From the NCBI GenBank assembly GCA_965178125.1, contig OZ237743.1, positions 930,001-994,000 of the forward strand: a stretch of 64,000 nt of DNA. Reading direction: 5' to 3'. The notes beneath the pieces were generated by a model. That model searched no databases. It saw only the letters and a list, made by a program, of their open reading frames with translations, and was not told the origin of the DNA. Position 1 is the first letter of the stretch. Each line of letters opens with the position of its first letter. The DNA is from Bilabrum cf. latius (taxonomy: Eukaryota). A program made the position numbers and the translations under genes. Shown here one piece after another: positions 12,467 through 25,200 of this stretch.

Positions 12467-15400
12467 TCAGGCATGCGGTTCCGATGGCCATGGAAGCCAC
12501 ACGCCCAGACTCAGCGCCACGCTCCCAATCATGCATACCACAGACACCAACACCGGGACACACAAACGAGCCACCCGCTCGGCCCAGTACAGCCGCCTGT
12601 CTGCGCCCAACACCTGGAAACCGCCCTCCCCTGATCCAGCCCCCAGCTCACAGGCGTGCCACCCCAGCCCATTTCCATGGCACGGCCCGCTCCCGCTCGC
12701 GCACAGGAGGGCCCACAGAAGCACCACCAGCACGAGCAGATCCTCGGCCGATCGCCAGCAGGACGCATGCCACGCCACTTGTTTGTCCAACACGCTGAAG
12801 TGGATCGAGCCAGAACGCTCGTGAGACGCAATTGGTCGCGCACGCTCAGCGTTGCTCGTGGCGCCACTGGCCCTGGCCCACAATAGCCTCAGTGCATCCC
12901 ACTGCAGCACAGAGAGCAGCCGCGCGGTGATCGCCTCCCCGACGTGCACGGCCATGTATCGCCTGAGCCGGCTGTGCTCTGCAAGCCACGAGTCGTGCCA
13001 CTGCTACGGGGTCAATGCAGCGCCGCCGCGCTACCCTGCACCGATCACGCCGCTGACTCTGCTCGAGCTGCTCCTATTTGCTTCGCTGGAGTCGTCCATG
13101 AACCCGGCTGGGCCCTCCTTTCCATACAGGTGCGAAGCGGCCAACACTTCATTCTCGTCGTCCTGCTCGTCGCCTGACGACATGTCTTCCAACCGGTCGA
13201 CGGGGTGTAGGCCGTCCCTGGTAGAGGCAGGAATGGCAGCCGAACGCTGCAGCGACGCAGCGCCGCTCTCGTTCACCGACGGCAGCGACGGATCGACTGA
13301 CCCCCACGGCCTCATTCGACTGGAACTCAGCGGCGCTGTGATGGGCCCGGTGGCAGCTTCCGGTCCGTCGTAGTCGAAGTCTGCCCCATGCTGCTGGCGC
13401 GCAAGTTCACTACGAGCCGACATTGGCTCGCCTTGTCCTGCAGGGGCCCCATGACGGGCACCACGTGACCCCGAGGGCCCGATTCGCGTAGACCCGCTCA
13501 CGGACCGCGGAGCAGTTGTGCTCCTACTAGCCCCGCCATCAGGATCCCACTCAGACAAGGGGTCTGTAAGGCCACAGCAGCACCTCGCTACTTCTCTGCT
13601 GCCCATGATCACTACCAGCCCGCAGCACAATGCCACTCCCGGTATGCCTATCCTGGACTCGAGCAGCGCCACGGCTAGCACCACGTACTGCAGCCAGCGA
13701 CCCAGCATGCAGACAGCTGCAAGCTTGTTGCTGCTCGGACACATGCACGGCGTAGGCTCACGCTAACCCAAGTCTGCGCTGTACTACTGCTCGTTCCAGC
13801 TAGTGGTAGTAGGATTGTCGGCGCTGGGCAGGAGTAGTCCTCTCCCGTGGCCATCCAGCCCGTCCGCAGTAGTGGGCCCACTGTCAACCTTCCGAAAGCT
13901 CGACTACATACATAGCCCTACCAGCGAGGCCGCAATAATGACTGCGGTACATGCTTGCATGACCCCTGTCCAGCTCCTCGCATAGTCATAACCAACCGCA
14001 CTGCAGTCTGCCAGCCCCCTCCCGTACCCTCCGCGCAAGCAAGGCAAATACACGTCGTACTGCACGCTGCCAGCCGCAACGCTGGGCAGCCACACACCGC
14101 CCTCAGATCCAGGACGCTACCCACGCAGAATCGATGCAAGCTCGTGCGCCAACGTACCAGCGGACCGTCCTCGCTGCACCAAACTGCATCCACACCCTGC
14201 CCCAACCCCAAACTGGACCTCTGGCAGCTCCGGAATAGACACCGACACGTCCACCTCCACAGGCAGCTACGCTGGCATCGCGCTGCTGTTGCTGCGCAGA
14301 CCCGACGGACCCCCGCCGCTGATCCAACCGCCGGGAACAGGATCCAAAGCACGCACATCCAGCACCAGCACCTACAGCACCCGCACGCCCATCATCACGC
14401 CCGTGCGATTCACGCTGCGCCGCTCCCCGATGCCCGCCTCCACTCCGCGGCCCCGCTGCGTCCAGTCCACCTCGCCCAGCAAGTCGCCCACATCCGCCTG
14501 CACCTCCGCGCGCAGTCGCCGCAGCTGCTGCTCCGTGGGCGTGGGATACGCCAGGCCTAGACTGCCCGTCAGACTGAACTAAGCTGCAGGCCAAGTGCTG
14601 CGGTCGAATGCCAGCGTGAACCGCACCACCGCGCGACTGACCGGGTGTCGCTGCATCCACCGGGCGTCCCAGTGCATTCTCTTGCCCTCGTCTGCACGGC
14701 ATGCCATGCGCGGCCGAGCTTGTCCAAGGACCGTCTCGTATTCGGGCGGCTGCCAGCCCGTCATGTTGTCCCAGAAGTGGAACGACCCGACCACACCTGC
14801 CGCCTGCTCATCTGCTCGCGGTATCAGTGCGCGGCTCTGCAACAGCGCCGGGTACCCGCCCCACCGAGACAGCCACGGACGGGCCAGCGACACCACGCCC
14901 AACCAGCCAGACGACTCGTCCTGCTGATCCAGACCCACGTCCACGGCCAGATGGGTAGGGTCGTTGCACTCGGCCCGGCACACTGGCCGCATGAAGAACG
15001 CCCCGATGGGCGACGTGTCCATGCATGTCCAGCTGCCACCGTCGATGGGAGGCAGTGACAGGCTAGCAGGCGGGGCCACGATGCGCTGCAGGGCGGCTCC
15101 TCTGTATCTGGCCACGGGACCCTGCAGCACAGACGGTTGGCCTCCAATTGGCCATGGAGTTGGCGCCGGGCTCTCAAGTGTTTCCGTCGATCGTGGTGCC
15201 TCGTCCATTGCAGAGCGAGTCTTGTTACCCCACCCACCATCTGTTGAGATGTCGCCGGCCATAGCAGCCTAGCCAATCGTCGCAGCCAGCGACGAACGCG
15301 CCGCCGGGTAGTCGTAATGCACCACGTCCATCACATACTGCTCATCCAGGAAATGCGTCAGCGCGCATGCAAACCGAGGCACCCGCATGCCCATGCTCAC

Positions 15401-17044
15401 GTTGAAGTACTCGCCCTTGAGCCACTGCCGCACTGCATGCAGGTGCTCCGGGCTGCCCACGGTGGCATTGGCTGGCACCTCAGGGGAGCATGTCTTGGCT
15501 CGCACACAGGATGGGTCATCCACCACCACCATAGCGGAACGCTGCTTAAGCATTTCGGGGTGTGGGTTCTGGAAAGGATTGCCATCCAGGTCGCACATGA
15601 CCGACCCTCCGTCAGTATACATGAATGGGTCCTGCCCCGGCAGCCGAAGGATGGCAGCCAGTGGGGCCACGTTCATGATCGTCTGCACCACAAAGCCCCG
15701 GTTCACGGTCCATGGGTAGCTCGGTTGCGTGCTCCGAAGTCGGAGTCCTGGATCGTCCGGCCGCGATTCAAGACTCAACTGGGCTACGGTACCGGGCGGG
15801 TACACCACGGTCAGCACCTGGTGCCAGCGGTTGTACACGCCCGTGGCCTCTGCGGCCTCGAAGGGGAACTGCCTCGAGCCAGGGGGGTACGGGACGTGGT
15901 ATGCTCTGGTTGGCGGCACCTCGGTCACCTATGCCTCGCGATCTTTGCCAAACCGAGTCTTGTTCGCCAAGCCTGGCCCGCTGAATAGGCGGCTGCACTT
16001 CGCCGCCGGCACGTCTTGCGGGGGCTTGTGCCACACGATGGCCTGCCTGCATGTGTCGTTGGGCGCGATGGGCTCGTCCATGGTGGTGCAGGCCTTACTT
16101 GCCGTGATGCGGGGACAAATTCGCATAGGGAAGCGCATGCTGGCAGACCTGTACACGATCGTGTCAAAGGCACCGAATGGCATGTCATGCCCGAGACCGT
16201 AAGGCCAGTAGTTCGGTTTAGATCGCTTTGGCATGGGCGTCCACGGGAACTTCATCGAGGGTGCATTCAGGTTGGGGTACCTTGAGTAGCCCCCAATGAG
16301 GCCGGCCCCACCCCCGAAATTGAGCGCGCTGCTGCCCTGCTGAAACACGAACAGCCACTCCTCGGTAGTCCACGGCTCCACGGATCGCGTCGGAGGCAGC
16401 AGCGCGCTCGTCCTAGCGACCATGCCCCGCCGGTACGGTGCCTCCTGACGGGATGCCGCTGCGGCGTACGTGCTGTGGTACGGGGCGGCCAAAGTCACGT
16501 TCCGAAGGCATTCAGGTGAGTATGCCCCTGTCTTTGCATCCACGCTGCATCTGCTCTCCGGCCCTAGCCACGTGCCTCCAGGACTCGACCGGCCCCATCG
16601 CCACCTGGACTGCGTGCCCGGCTGCTGCTGCGGCTCCCATGGCAACGGAACCATATCGCATCCGCCTGTGTCGGCTCCATCGGGCGATGGCCGGGCAGCA
16701 GCGTCGTCTGGCGTGATGATACGAAGTTCTCGATCCGCAGGTGACTTTGTACCGATGCCCAAGGCCATGGGCCCCCTTGTTGCGAACCAGGTGGCTGCGG
16801 CGTACGAGCAGGGATGGACTTTCCATCAAGCATTGATGTAATGCTCACCCTTGCATACATCTGCAAATATATTTTGCATGCTATTAAAATTGTTGCGTTT
16901 GAGCTCACCATTGCAGACAGCGACAGCTGCCCCTTGAAGCAGCAGCGTCTGTGGGCCACTCTTTCGCATGGCTTCATGGACGTTCACAGCTGTAGTACAG
17001 CACCACAGGATGGTAATGAATAATAGAATTATAGAGCACGCCAT
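12467..17044 (-). CDS. Orphan ~1,487-aa protein: signal peptide, large Cys/Trp/Pro-rich ectodomain, several C-terminal hydrophobic helices (copy 1)
   Basis: MACSIILLFITILWCCTTA signal peptide. 114-nt intron 16908..16795 removes the in-frame TGA at 16826. One frame is then open to TGA at 12467, interrupted only by 11 TAGs. Hydrophobic segments include VMQACTAVIIAASLVGLCM, LQYVVLAVALL, GVALCCGLVVIM, LLVLVVLLWALLCA and LCVPVLVSVVCMIGSVALSLG. Confidence 0.8.
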
Positions 17045-17390
17045 ATTGTGAACCTTTTGAGGGTAGATATTTGGGGGGCACTTTGGAAACGAGGCTGACT
17101 AGATGAGCTGTAGGCCTAGTCTAGTCTCTGCAAATTATTTCAGCTGCCTCCTGGCCGTTTGATTCCAATTACAGCCTAGATCAATTGATATTAAATCCAG
17201 GATGTGCCAAAGAGTCGGGGAGTTGACCTTATTTGCCCCCCTGCGAAGTGCTCGGTCACTTGATGATGAGGGTTGGCGAGCACAAGGGAGTCATGGTCGC
17301 AAGCTCCACCCTATTGGCCTGGGGGCGCTCACAAATGCATTTGTGGAAAGACATCATTAGAAACAAAACCATAAATCGTTGCCTAAGTGC

Positions 17391-20300
17391 TCACATGATC
17401 CACGCGCCCAGACTCAGCGCCACGCTCCCAATCATACCTACCACAGACACCAACACCGGGACACACAAACGAGCCACCCGCTCGGCCCAATACAGCCGCC
17501 TGTCTGCGCCCAACACCTGGAAACCGCCCTCCCCTGATCCGACGCCCAGCTCACAGGCGCGCCACCCCAGCCCATTTCCATGGCACGGCCCGCTCCCGCT
17601 CGCGCACAGGAGGGCCCACAGAAGCACCACCAGCACGAGCAGATCCTCGGCCGATCGCCAGCAGGACGCATGCCACGCCACTTGTTTGTCCAACACGCTG
17701 AAGTGGATCGAGCCAGAACGCTCGTGAGACGCAATTGGTCGCGCACGCTCAGCGTTGCCCGTGGCGCCACTGGCCCTGGCCCACAATAGCCTCAGTGTAT
17801 CCCACTGCAGCACAGAGAGTAGCCGCACGGTGATCGCCCCCCCGACGTGCACGGCCATGTATCGCCTGAGCCGGCTGTGCTCTGCAAGCCACGAGTCGTG
17901 CCACTGCTACGGGGTCAATGAAGCGCCGCCGCGCTACCCTGTACCGATCACGCCGCTGACTCTGCTCGAGCTGCTCCTATTTGCTTCGCTGGAGTCGTCC
18001 ATGAACCCGGCTGGGCCCTCCTTTCCATACAGGTGCGAAGCGGCCAACACTTCATTCTCGTCGTCCTGCTCGTCGCCTGACGACATGTCTTCCAACCGGT
18101 CGACGGGGTGTAGGCCGTCCCTGGTAGAGGCAGGAATGGCAGCCGAACGCTGCAGCGACGCAGCGCCGCTCTCGTTCACCGACGGCAGCGACGGATCGAC
18201 TGACCCCCACGGCCTCATTCGACTGGAACTCAGCGGCGCTGTGATGGGCCCGGTGGCAGCTTCCGGTCCGTCGTAGTCGAAGTCTGCCCCATGCTGCTGG
18301 CGCGCAAGTTCACTACGAGCCGACATTGGCTCGTCTTGTCCTGCAGGGGCCCCATGACGGGCACCACATGACCCCGAGGGCCCGATTCGCGTAGACCCGC
18401 TCACGGACCGCGGAGCAGTTGTGCTCCTACTAGCCCCGCCATCAGGATCCCACTCAGACAAGGGGTCTGTAAGGCCACAGCAGCACCTCGCTACTTCTCT
18501 GCTGCCCATGATCACTACCAGCCCGCAGCACAATGCCACTCCCGGTATGCCTATCCTGGACTCGAGCAGCGCCACGGCTAGCACCACGTACTGCAGCCAG
18601 CGACCCAGCATGCAGACAGCTGCAAGCTTGTTGCTGCTCGGACACATGCACGGCGTAGGCTCACGCTAACCCAAGTCTGCGCTGTACTACTGCTCGTTCC
18701 AGCTAGTGGTAGTAGGATTGTCGGCGCTGGGCAGGAGTAGTCCTCTCCCGTGGCCATCCAGCCCGTCCGCAGTAGTGGGCCCACTGTCAACCTTCCGAAA
18801 GCTCGACTACATACATAATCCTACCAGCGAGGCCGCAATAATGACTGCGGTACATGCTTGCATGACCCCTGTCCAGCTCCTCGCATAGTGATAACCAACC
18901 GCACTGCAGTCTGCCAGCCCCCTCCCGTACCCTCCGCGCAAGCAAGGCAAGTACACGTCGTACTGCACGCTCCCAGCCGCAACGCTGGGCAGCCACACAC
19001 CGCCCTCAGATCCAGGACGCTACCCACGCAGAATCGATGCAAGCTCGTGCGCCAACGTACCAGCGGACCGTCCTCGCTGCACCAAACTGCATCCACACCC
19101 TGCCCCAACCCCAAACTGGACCTCTGGCAGCTCCGGAATAGACACCGACACGTCCACCTCCACAGGCAGCTATGCTGGCATCGCGCTGCTGTTGCCGCGC
19201 AGACCCGACGGACCCCCGCCGCTGATCCAACCGCCGGGCACAGGATCCAAAGCACGCACATCCAGCACCAGCACCTACAGCACCCGCACGCCCATCATCA
19301 CGCCCGTGCGATTCACGCTGCGCCGCTCCCCGATGCCTACCTCCACTCCGCGGCCCCGCTGCGTCCAGTCCACCTCGCCCAGCAAGTCGCCCATATCCGC
19401 CTGCACCTCCGCGCGCAGTCGCCGCAGCTGCTGCTCCGTGGGCGTGGGATACGCCAGGCCTAGACTGCCCGTCAGACTGAACTAAGCTGCAGGCCAAGTG
19501 CTGCGGTCGAATGCCAGCGTGAACCGCACCACCGCGCGACTGACCGGGTGTCGCTGCATCCATCGAGCGTCCCAGTGCATTCTCTTGCCCTCGTCTGCAC
19601 GGCATGCCATGCGCGGCCGAGCTGGTCCAAGGACCGTCTCGTATTCGGGCGGCTGCCAGCCCGTCATGTTGTCCCAGAAGTGGAACGACCCGACCACACC
19701 TGCCGCCTGCTCATCTGCTCGCGGCATCAGTGCGCGGCTCTGCAACAGCGCCGGGTACCCGCCCCACCGAGACAGCCACGGACGGGCCAGCGACACCACG
19801 CCCAACCAGCCAGACGACTCGTCCTGCTGATCCAGACCCACGTCCACGGCCAGATGGGTAGGGTCGTTGCACTCGGCCCGGCACACTGGCCGCATGAAGA
19901 ACGCCCCGATGGGCGACGTGTCCATGCATGTCCAGCTGCCACCGTCGATGGGAGGCAGTGACAGGCTAGCAGGCGGGGCCACGATGCGCTGCAGGGCGGC
20001 TCCTCTGTATCTGGCCACGGGACCCTGCAGCACAGACGGTTGGCCTCCAATTGGCCATGGAGTTGGCGCCGGGCTCTCAAGTGATTCCGTCGATCGTGGT
20101 GCCTCGTCCAATGCAGAGCGAGTCTTGTTACCCCACCCACCATCTGTTGAGATGTCGCCGGCCATAGCAGCCTAGCCAATCGTTGCAGCCAGCGACGAAC
20201 GCGCTGCCGGGTAGTCGTAGTGCACCACGTCCATCACATACTGCTCATCCAGGAAATGCGTCAGCGCGCATGCAAACCGAGGCACCCGCATGCCCATGCT

Positions 20301-21947
20301 CACGTTGAAATACTCGCCCTTGAGCCACTGCCGCACTGCATGCAGGTGCTCCGGGCTGCCCACGGTGGCGTTGGCTGGCACCTCAGGGGAGCATGTCTTG
20401 GCTCGCACACAGGATGGGTCATCCACCACCACCATAGCGGAACGCTGCTTGATCAGTCCGGGGAATGGGTTCAAAAACGGATTCCCACCTAGGTCGCACA
20501 TGACCGACCCTCCGTCAGTGTACATGAATGGGTCCTGCCCCGGCAGCCGAAGGATGGCAGCCAGTGGGGCCACATTCATGATCGTCTGCACCACAAAGCC
20601 TCGATTCACGGTCCATGGGTAGCTCGGTTGCGTGCTCCGAAGTCGGAGTCCTGGATCGTCCGGCCGCGATTCGAGACTCAGCTGAGCCACGGTACCGGGC
20701 GGATACACCACGGTCAGCACCTGGTGCCAGCGGTTGTACACGCCTGTGGCCTCTGCGGCCTCGAAGGGGAACTGCCTCGAGCCAGGGGGGTACGGGACGT
20801 GGTATGCTCTGGTTGGCGGCACCTCGGTCACCTATGCCTCGCGATCTTTGCCAAACCGAGTCTTGTTCGCCAAGCCTGGCCCGCTGAATAGGCGGCTGCA
20901 CTTCGCCGCCGGCACGTCTTGCGGGGGCTTGTGCCACACGATGGCCTGTCTGCACGTGTCGTTGGGCGCGATGGGCTCGTCCATGGTGGTGCAGGCCTTA
21001 CTTGCCGTGATGCGGGGACAAATTCGCATAGGGAAGCGCATGCTGGCAGACCTGTACACGATCGTGTCAAAGGCACCGAATGGCATGTCATGCCCGAGAC
21101 CGTAAGGCCAGTAGTTCGGTTTAGATCGCTTTGGCATGGGCGTCCACGGGAACTTCATCGAGGGTGCATTCAGGTTGGGGTACCTTGAGTAGCCCCCAAT
21201 GAGGCCGGCCCCACCCCCGAAATTGAGCGCGCTGCTGCCCTGCTGAAACACGAACAGCCACTCCTCGGTAGTCCACGGCTCCACGGATCGCGTCGGAGGC
21301 AGCAGCGCGCTCGTCCTAGCGACCATGCCCCGCCGGTACGGTGCCTCCTGACGGGATGCCGCTGCGGCGTACGTGCTGTGGTACGGGGCGGCCAAAGTCA
21401 CGTTCCGAAGGCATTCAGGTGAGTATGCCCCTGTCTTTGCATCCACGCTGCATCTGCTCTCCGGCCCTAGCCACGTGCCTCCAGGACTCGACCGGCCCCA
21501 TCGCCACCTGGACTGCGTGCCCGGCTGCTGCTGCGGCTCCCATGGCAACGGAACCATATCGCATCCGCCTGTGTCGGCTCCATCGGGCGATGGCCGGGCA
21601 GCAGCGTCGTCTGGCGTGATGATACGAAGTTCTCGATCCGCAGGTGACTTTGTACCGATGCCCAAGGCCATGGGCCCCCTTGTTGCGAACCAGGTGGCTG
21701 CGGCGTACGAGCAGGGATGGACTTTCCATCAAGCATTGATGTAATGCTCACCCTTGCATACATCTGCAAATATATTTTGCATGCTATTAAAATTGTTGCG
21801 TTTGAGCTCACCATTGCAGACAGCGACAGCTGCCCCTTGAAGCAGCAGCGTCTGTGGGCCACTCTTTCGCATGGCTTCATGGACGTTCACAGCTGTAGTA
21901 CAGCACCACAGGATGGTAATGAATAATAGAATTATAGAGCACGCCAT
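17391..21947 (-). CDS. Orphan ~1,480-aa surface/membrane protein (copy 2)
   Basis: Same structure as copy 1, intron 21811..21698. C-terminus ...SLGAWIM-TGA differs from copy 1. Confidence 0.8.
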
Positions 21948-22293
21948 ATTGTGAACCTTTTGAGGGTAGATATTTGGGGGGCACTTTGGAAACGAGGCTG
22001 ACTAGATGAGCTGTAGGCCTAGTCTAGTCTCTGCAAATTATTTCAGCTGCCTCCTGGCCGTTTGATTCCAATTACAGCCTAGATCAATTGATATTAAATC
22101 CAGGATGTGCCAAAGAGTCGGGGAGTTGACCTTATTTGCCCCCCTGCGAAGTGCTCGGTCACTTGATGATGAGGGTTGGCGAGCACAAGGGAGTCATGGT
22201 CGCAAGCTCCACCCTATTGGCCTGGGGGCGCTCACAAATGCATTTGTGGAAAGACATCATTAGAAACAAAACCATAAATCGTTGCCTAAGTGC

Positions 22294-25200
22294 TCACATG
22301 ATCCACGCGCCCAGACTCAGCGCCACGCTCCCAATCATACCTACCACAGACACCAACACCGGGACACACAAACGAGCCACCCGCTCGGCCCAATACAGCC
22401 GCCTGTCTGCGCCCAACACCTGGAAACCGCCCTCCCCTGATCCGACGCCCAGCTCACAGGCGCGCCACCCCAGCCCATTTCCATGGCACGGCCCGCTCCC
22501 GCTCGCGCACAGGAGGGCCCACAGAAGCACCACCAGCACGAGCAGATCCTCGGCCGATCGCCAGCAGGACGCATGCCACGCCACTTGTTTGTCCAACACG
22601 CTGAAGTGGATCGAGCCAGAACGCTCGTGAGACGCAATTGGTCGCGCACGCTCAGCGTTGCCCGTGGCGCCACTGGCCCTGGCCCACAATAGCCTCAGTG
22701 CATCCCACTGCAGCACAGAGAGTAGCCGCACGGTGATCGCCCCCCCGACGTGCACGGCCATGTATCGCCTGAGCCGGCTGTGCTCTGCAAGCCACGAGTC
22801 GTGCCACTGCTACGGGGTCAATGAAGCGCCGCCGCGCTACCCTGTACCGATCACGCCGCTGACTCTGCTCGAGCTGCTCCTATTTGCTTCGCTGGAGTCG
22901 TCCATGAACCCGGCTGGGCCCTCCTTTCCATACAGGTGCGAAGCGGCCAACACTTCATTCTCGTCGTCCTGCTCGTCGCCTGACGACATGTCTTCCAACC
23001 GGTCGACGGGGTGTAGGCCGTCCCTGGTAGAGGCAGGAATGGCAGCCGAACGCTGCAGCGACGCAGCGCCGCTCTCGTTCACCGACGGCAGCGACGGATC
23101 GACTGACCCCCACGGCCTCATTCGACTGGAACTCAGCGGCGCTGTGATGGGCCCGGTGGCAGCTTCCGGTCCGTCGTAGTCGAAGTCTGCCCCATGCTGC
23201 TGGCGCGCAAGTTCACTACGAGCCGACATTGGCTCGTCTTGTCCTGCAGGGGCCCCATGACGGGCACCACATGACCCCGAGGGCCCGATTCGCGTAGACC
23301 CGCTCACGGACCGCGGAGCAGTTGTGCTCCTACTAGCCCCGCCATCAGTATCCCACTCAGACAAGGGGTCTGTAAGGCCACAGCAGCACCTCGCTACTTC
23401 TCTGCTGCCCATGATCACTACCAGCCCGCAGCACAATGCCACTCCCGGTATGCCTATCCTGGACTCGAGCAGCGCCACGGCTAGCACCACGTACTGCAGC
23501 CAGCGACCCAGCATGCAGACAGCTGCAAGCTTGTTGCTGCTCGGACACATGCACGGCGTAGGCTCACGCTAACCCAAGTCTGCGCTGTACTACTGCTCGT
23601 TCCAGCTAGTGGTAGTAGGATTGTCGGCGCTGGGCAGGAGTAGTCCTCTCCCGTGGCCATCCAGCCCGTCCGCAGTAGTGGGCCCACTGTCAACCTTCCG
23701 AAAGCTCGACTACATACATAATCCTACCAGCGAGGCCGCAATAATGACTGCGGTACATGCTTGCATGACCCCTGTCCAGCTCCTCGCATAGTGATAACCA
23801 ACCGCACTGCAGTCTGCCAGCCCCCTCCCGTACCCTCCGCGCAAGCAAGGCAAGTACACGTCGTACTGCACGCTCCCAGCCGCAACGCTGGGCAGCCACA
23901 CACCGCCCTCAGATCCAGGACGCTACCCACGCAGAATCGATGCAAGCTCGTGCGCCAACGTACCAGCGGACCGTCCTCGCTGCACCAAACTGCATCCACA
24001 CCCTGCCCCAACCCCAAACTGGACCTCTGGCAGCTCCGGAATAGACACCGACACGTCCACCTCCACAGGCAGCTATGCTGGCATCGCGCTGCTGTTGCCG
24101 CGCAGACCCGACGGACCCCCGCCGCTGATCCAACCGCCGGGCACAGGATCCAAAGCACGCACATCCAGCACCAGCACCTACAGCACCCGCACGCCCATCA
24201 TCACGCCCGTGCGATTCACGCTGCGCCGCTCCCCGATGCCTACCTCCACTCCGCGGCCCCGCTGCGTCCAGTCCACCTCGCCCAGCAAGTCGCCCATATC
24301 CGCCTGCACCTCCGCGCGCAGTCGCCGCAGCTGCTGCTCCGTGGGCGTGGGATACGCCAGGCCTAGACTGCCCGTCAGACTGAACTAAGCTGCAGGCCAA
24401 GTGCTGCGGTCGAATGCCAGCGTGAACCGCACCACCGCGCGACTGACCGGGTGTCGCTGCATCCATCGGGCGTCCCAGTGCATTCTCTTGCCCTCGTCTG
24501 CACGGCATGCCATGCGCGGCCGAGCTGGTCCAAGGACTGTCTCGTATTCGGGCGGCTGCCAGCCCGTCATGTTGTCCCAGAAGTGGAACGACCCGACCAC
24601 ACCTGCCGCCTGCTCATCTGCTCGCGGTATCAGTGCGCGGCTCTGCAACAGCGCCGGGTACCCGCCCCACCGAGACAGCCACGGACGGGCCAGCGACACC
24701 ACGCCCAACCAGCCAGACGACTCGTCCTGCTGATCCAGACCCACGTCCACGGCCAGATGGGTAGGGTCGTTGCACTCGGCCCGGCACACTGGCCGCATGA
24801 AGAACGCCCCGATGGGCGACGTGTCCATGCATGTCCAGCTGCCACCGTCGATGGGAGGCAGTGACAGGCTAGCAGGCGGGGCCACGATGCGCTGCAGGGC
24901 GGCTCCTCTGTATCTGGCCACGGGACCCTGCAGCACAGACGGTTGGCCTCCAATTGGCCATGGAGTTGGCGCCGGGCTCTCAAGTGATTCCGTCGATCGT
25001 GGTGCCTCGTCCAATGCAGAGCGAGTCTTGTTACCCCACCCACCATCTGTTGAGATGTCGCCGGCCATAGCAGCCTAGCCAATCGTCGCAGCCAGCGACG
25101 AACGCGCCGCCGGGTAGTCGTAATGCACCACGTCCATCACATACTGCTCATCCAGGAAATGCGTCAGCGCGCATGCAAACCGAGGCACCCGCATGCCCAT

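Noticed and set aside
16826-16828. In-frame TGA in tandem copies 1 and 2 (also 21729) as a nonsense mutation or UGA readthrough
   Set aside because: It lies in a predicted 114-nt GTGAG...CGCAG intron, which is also the most divergent segment between copies.
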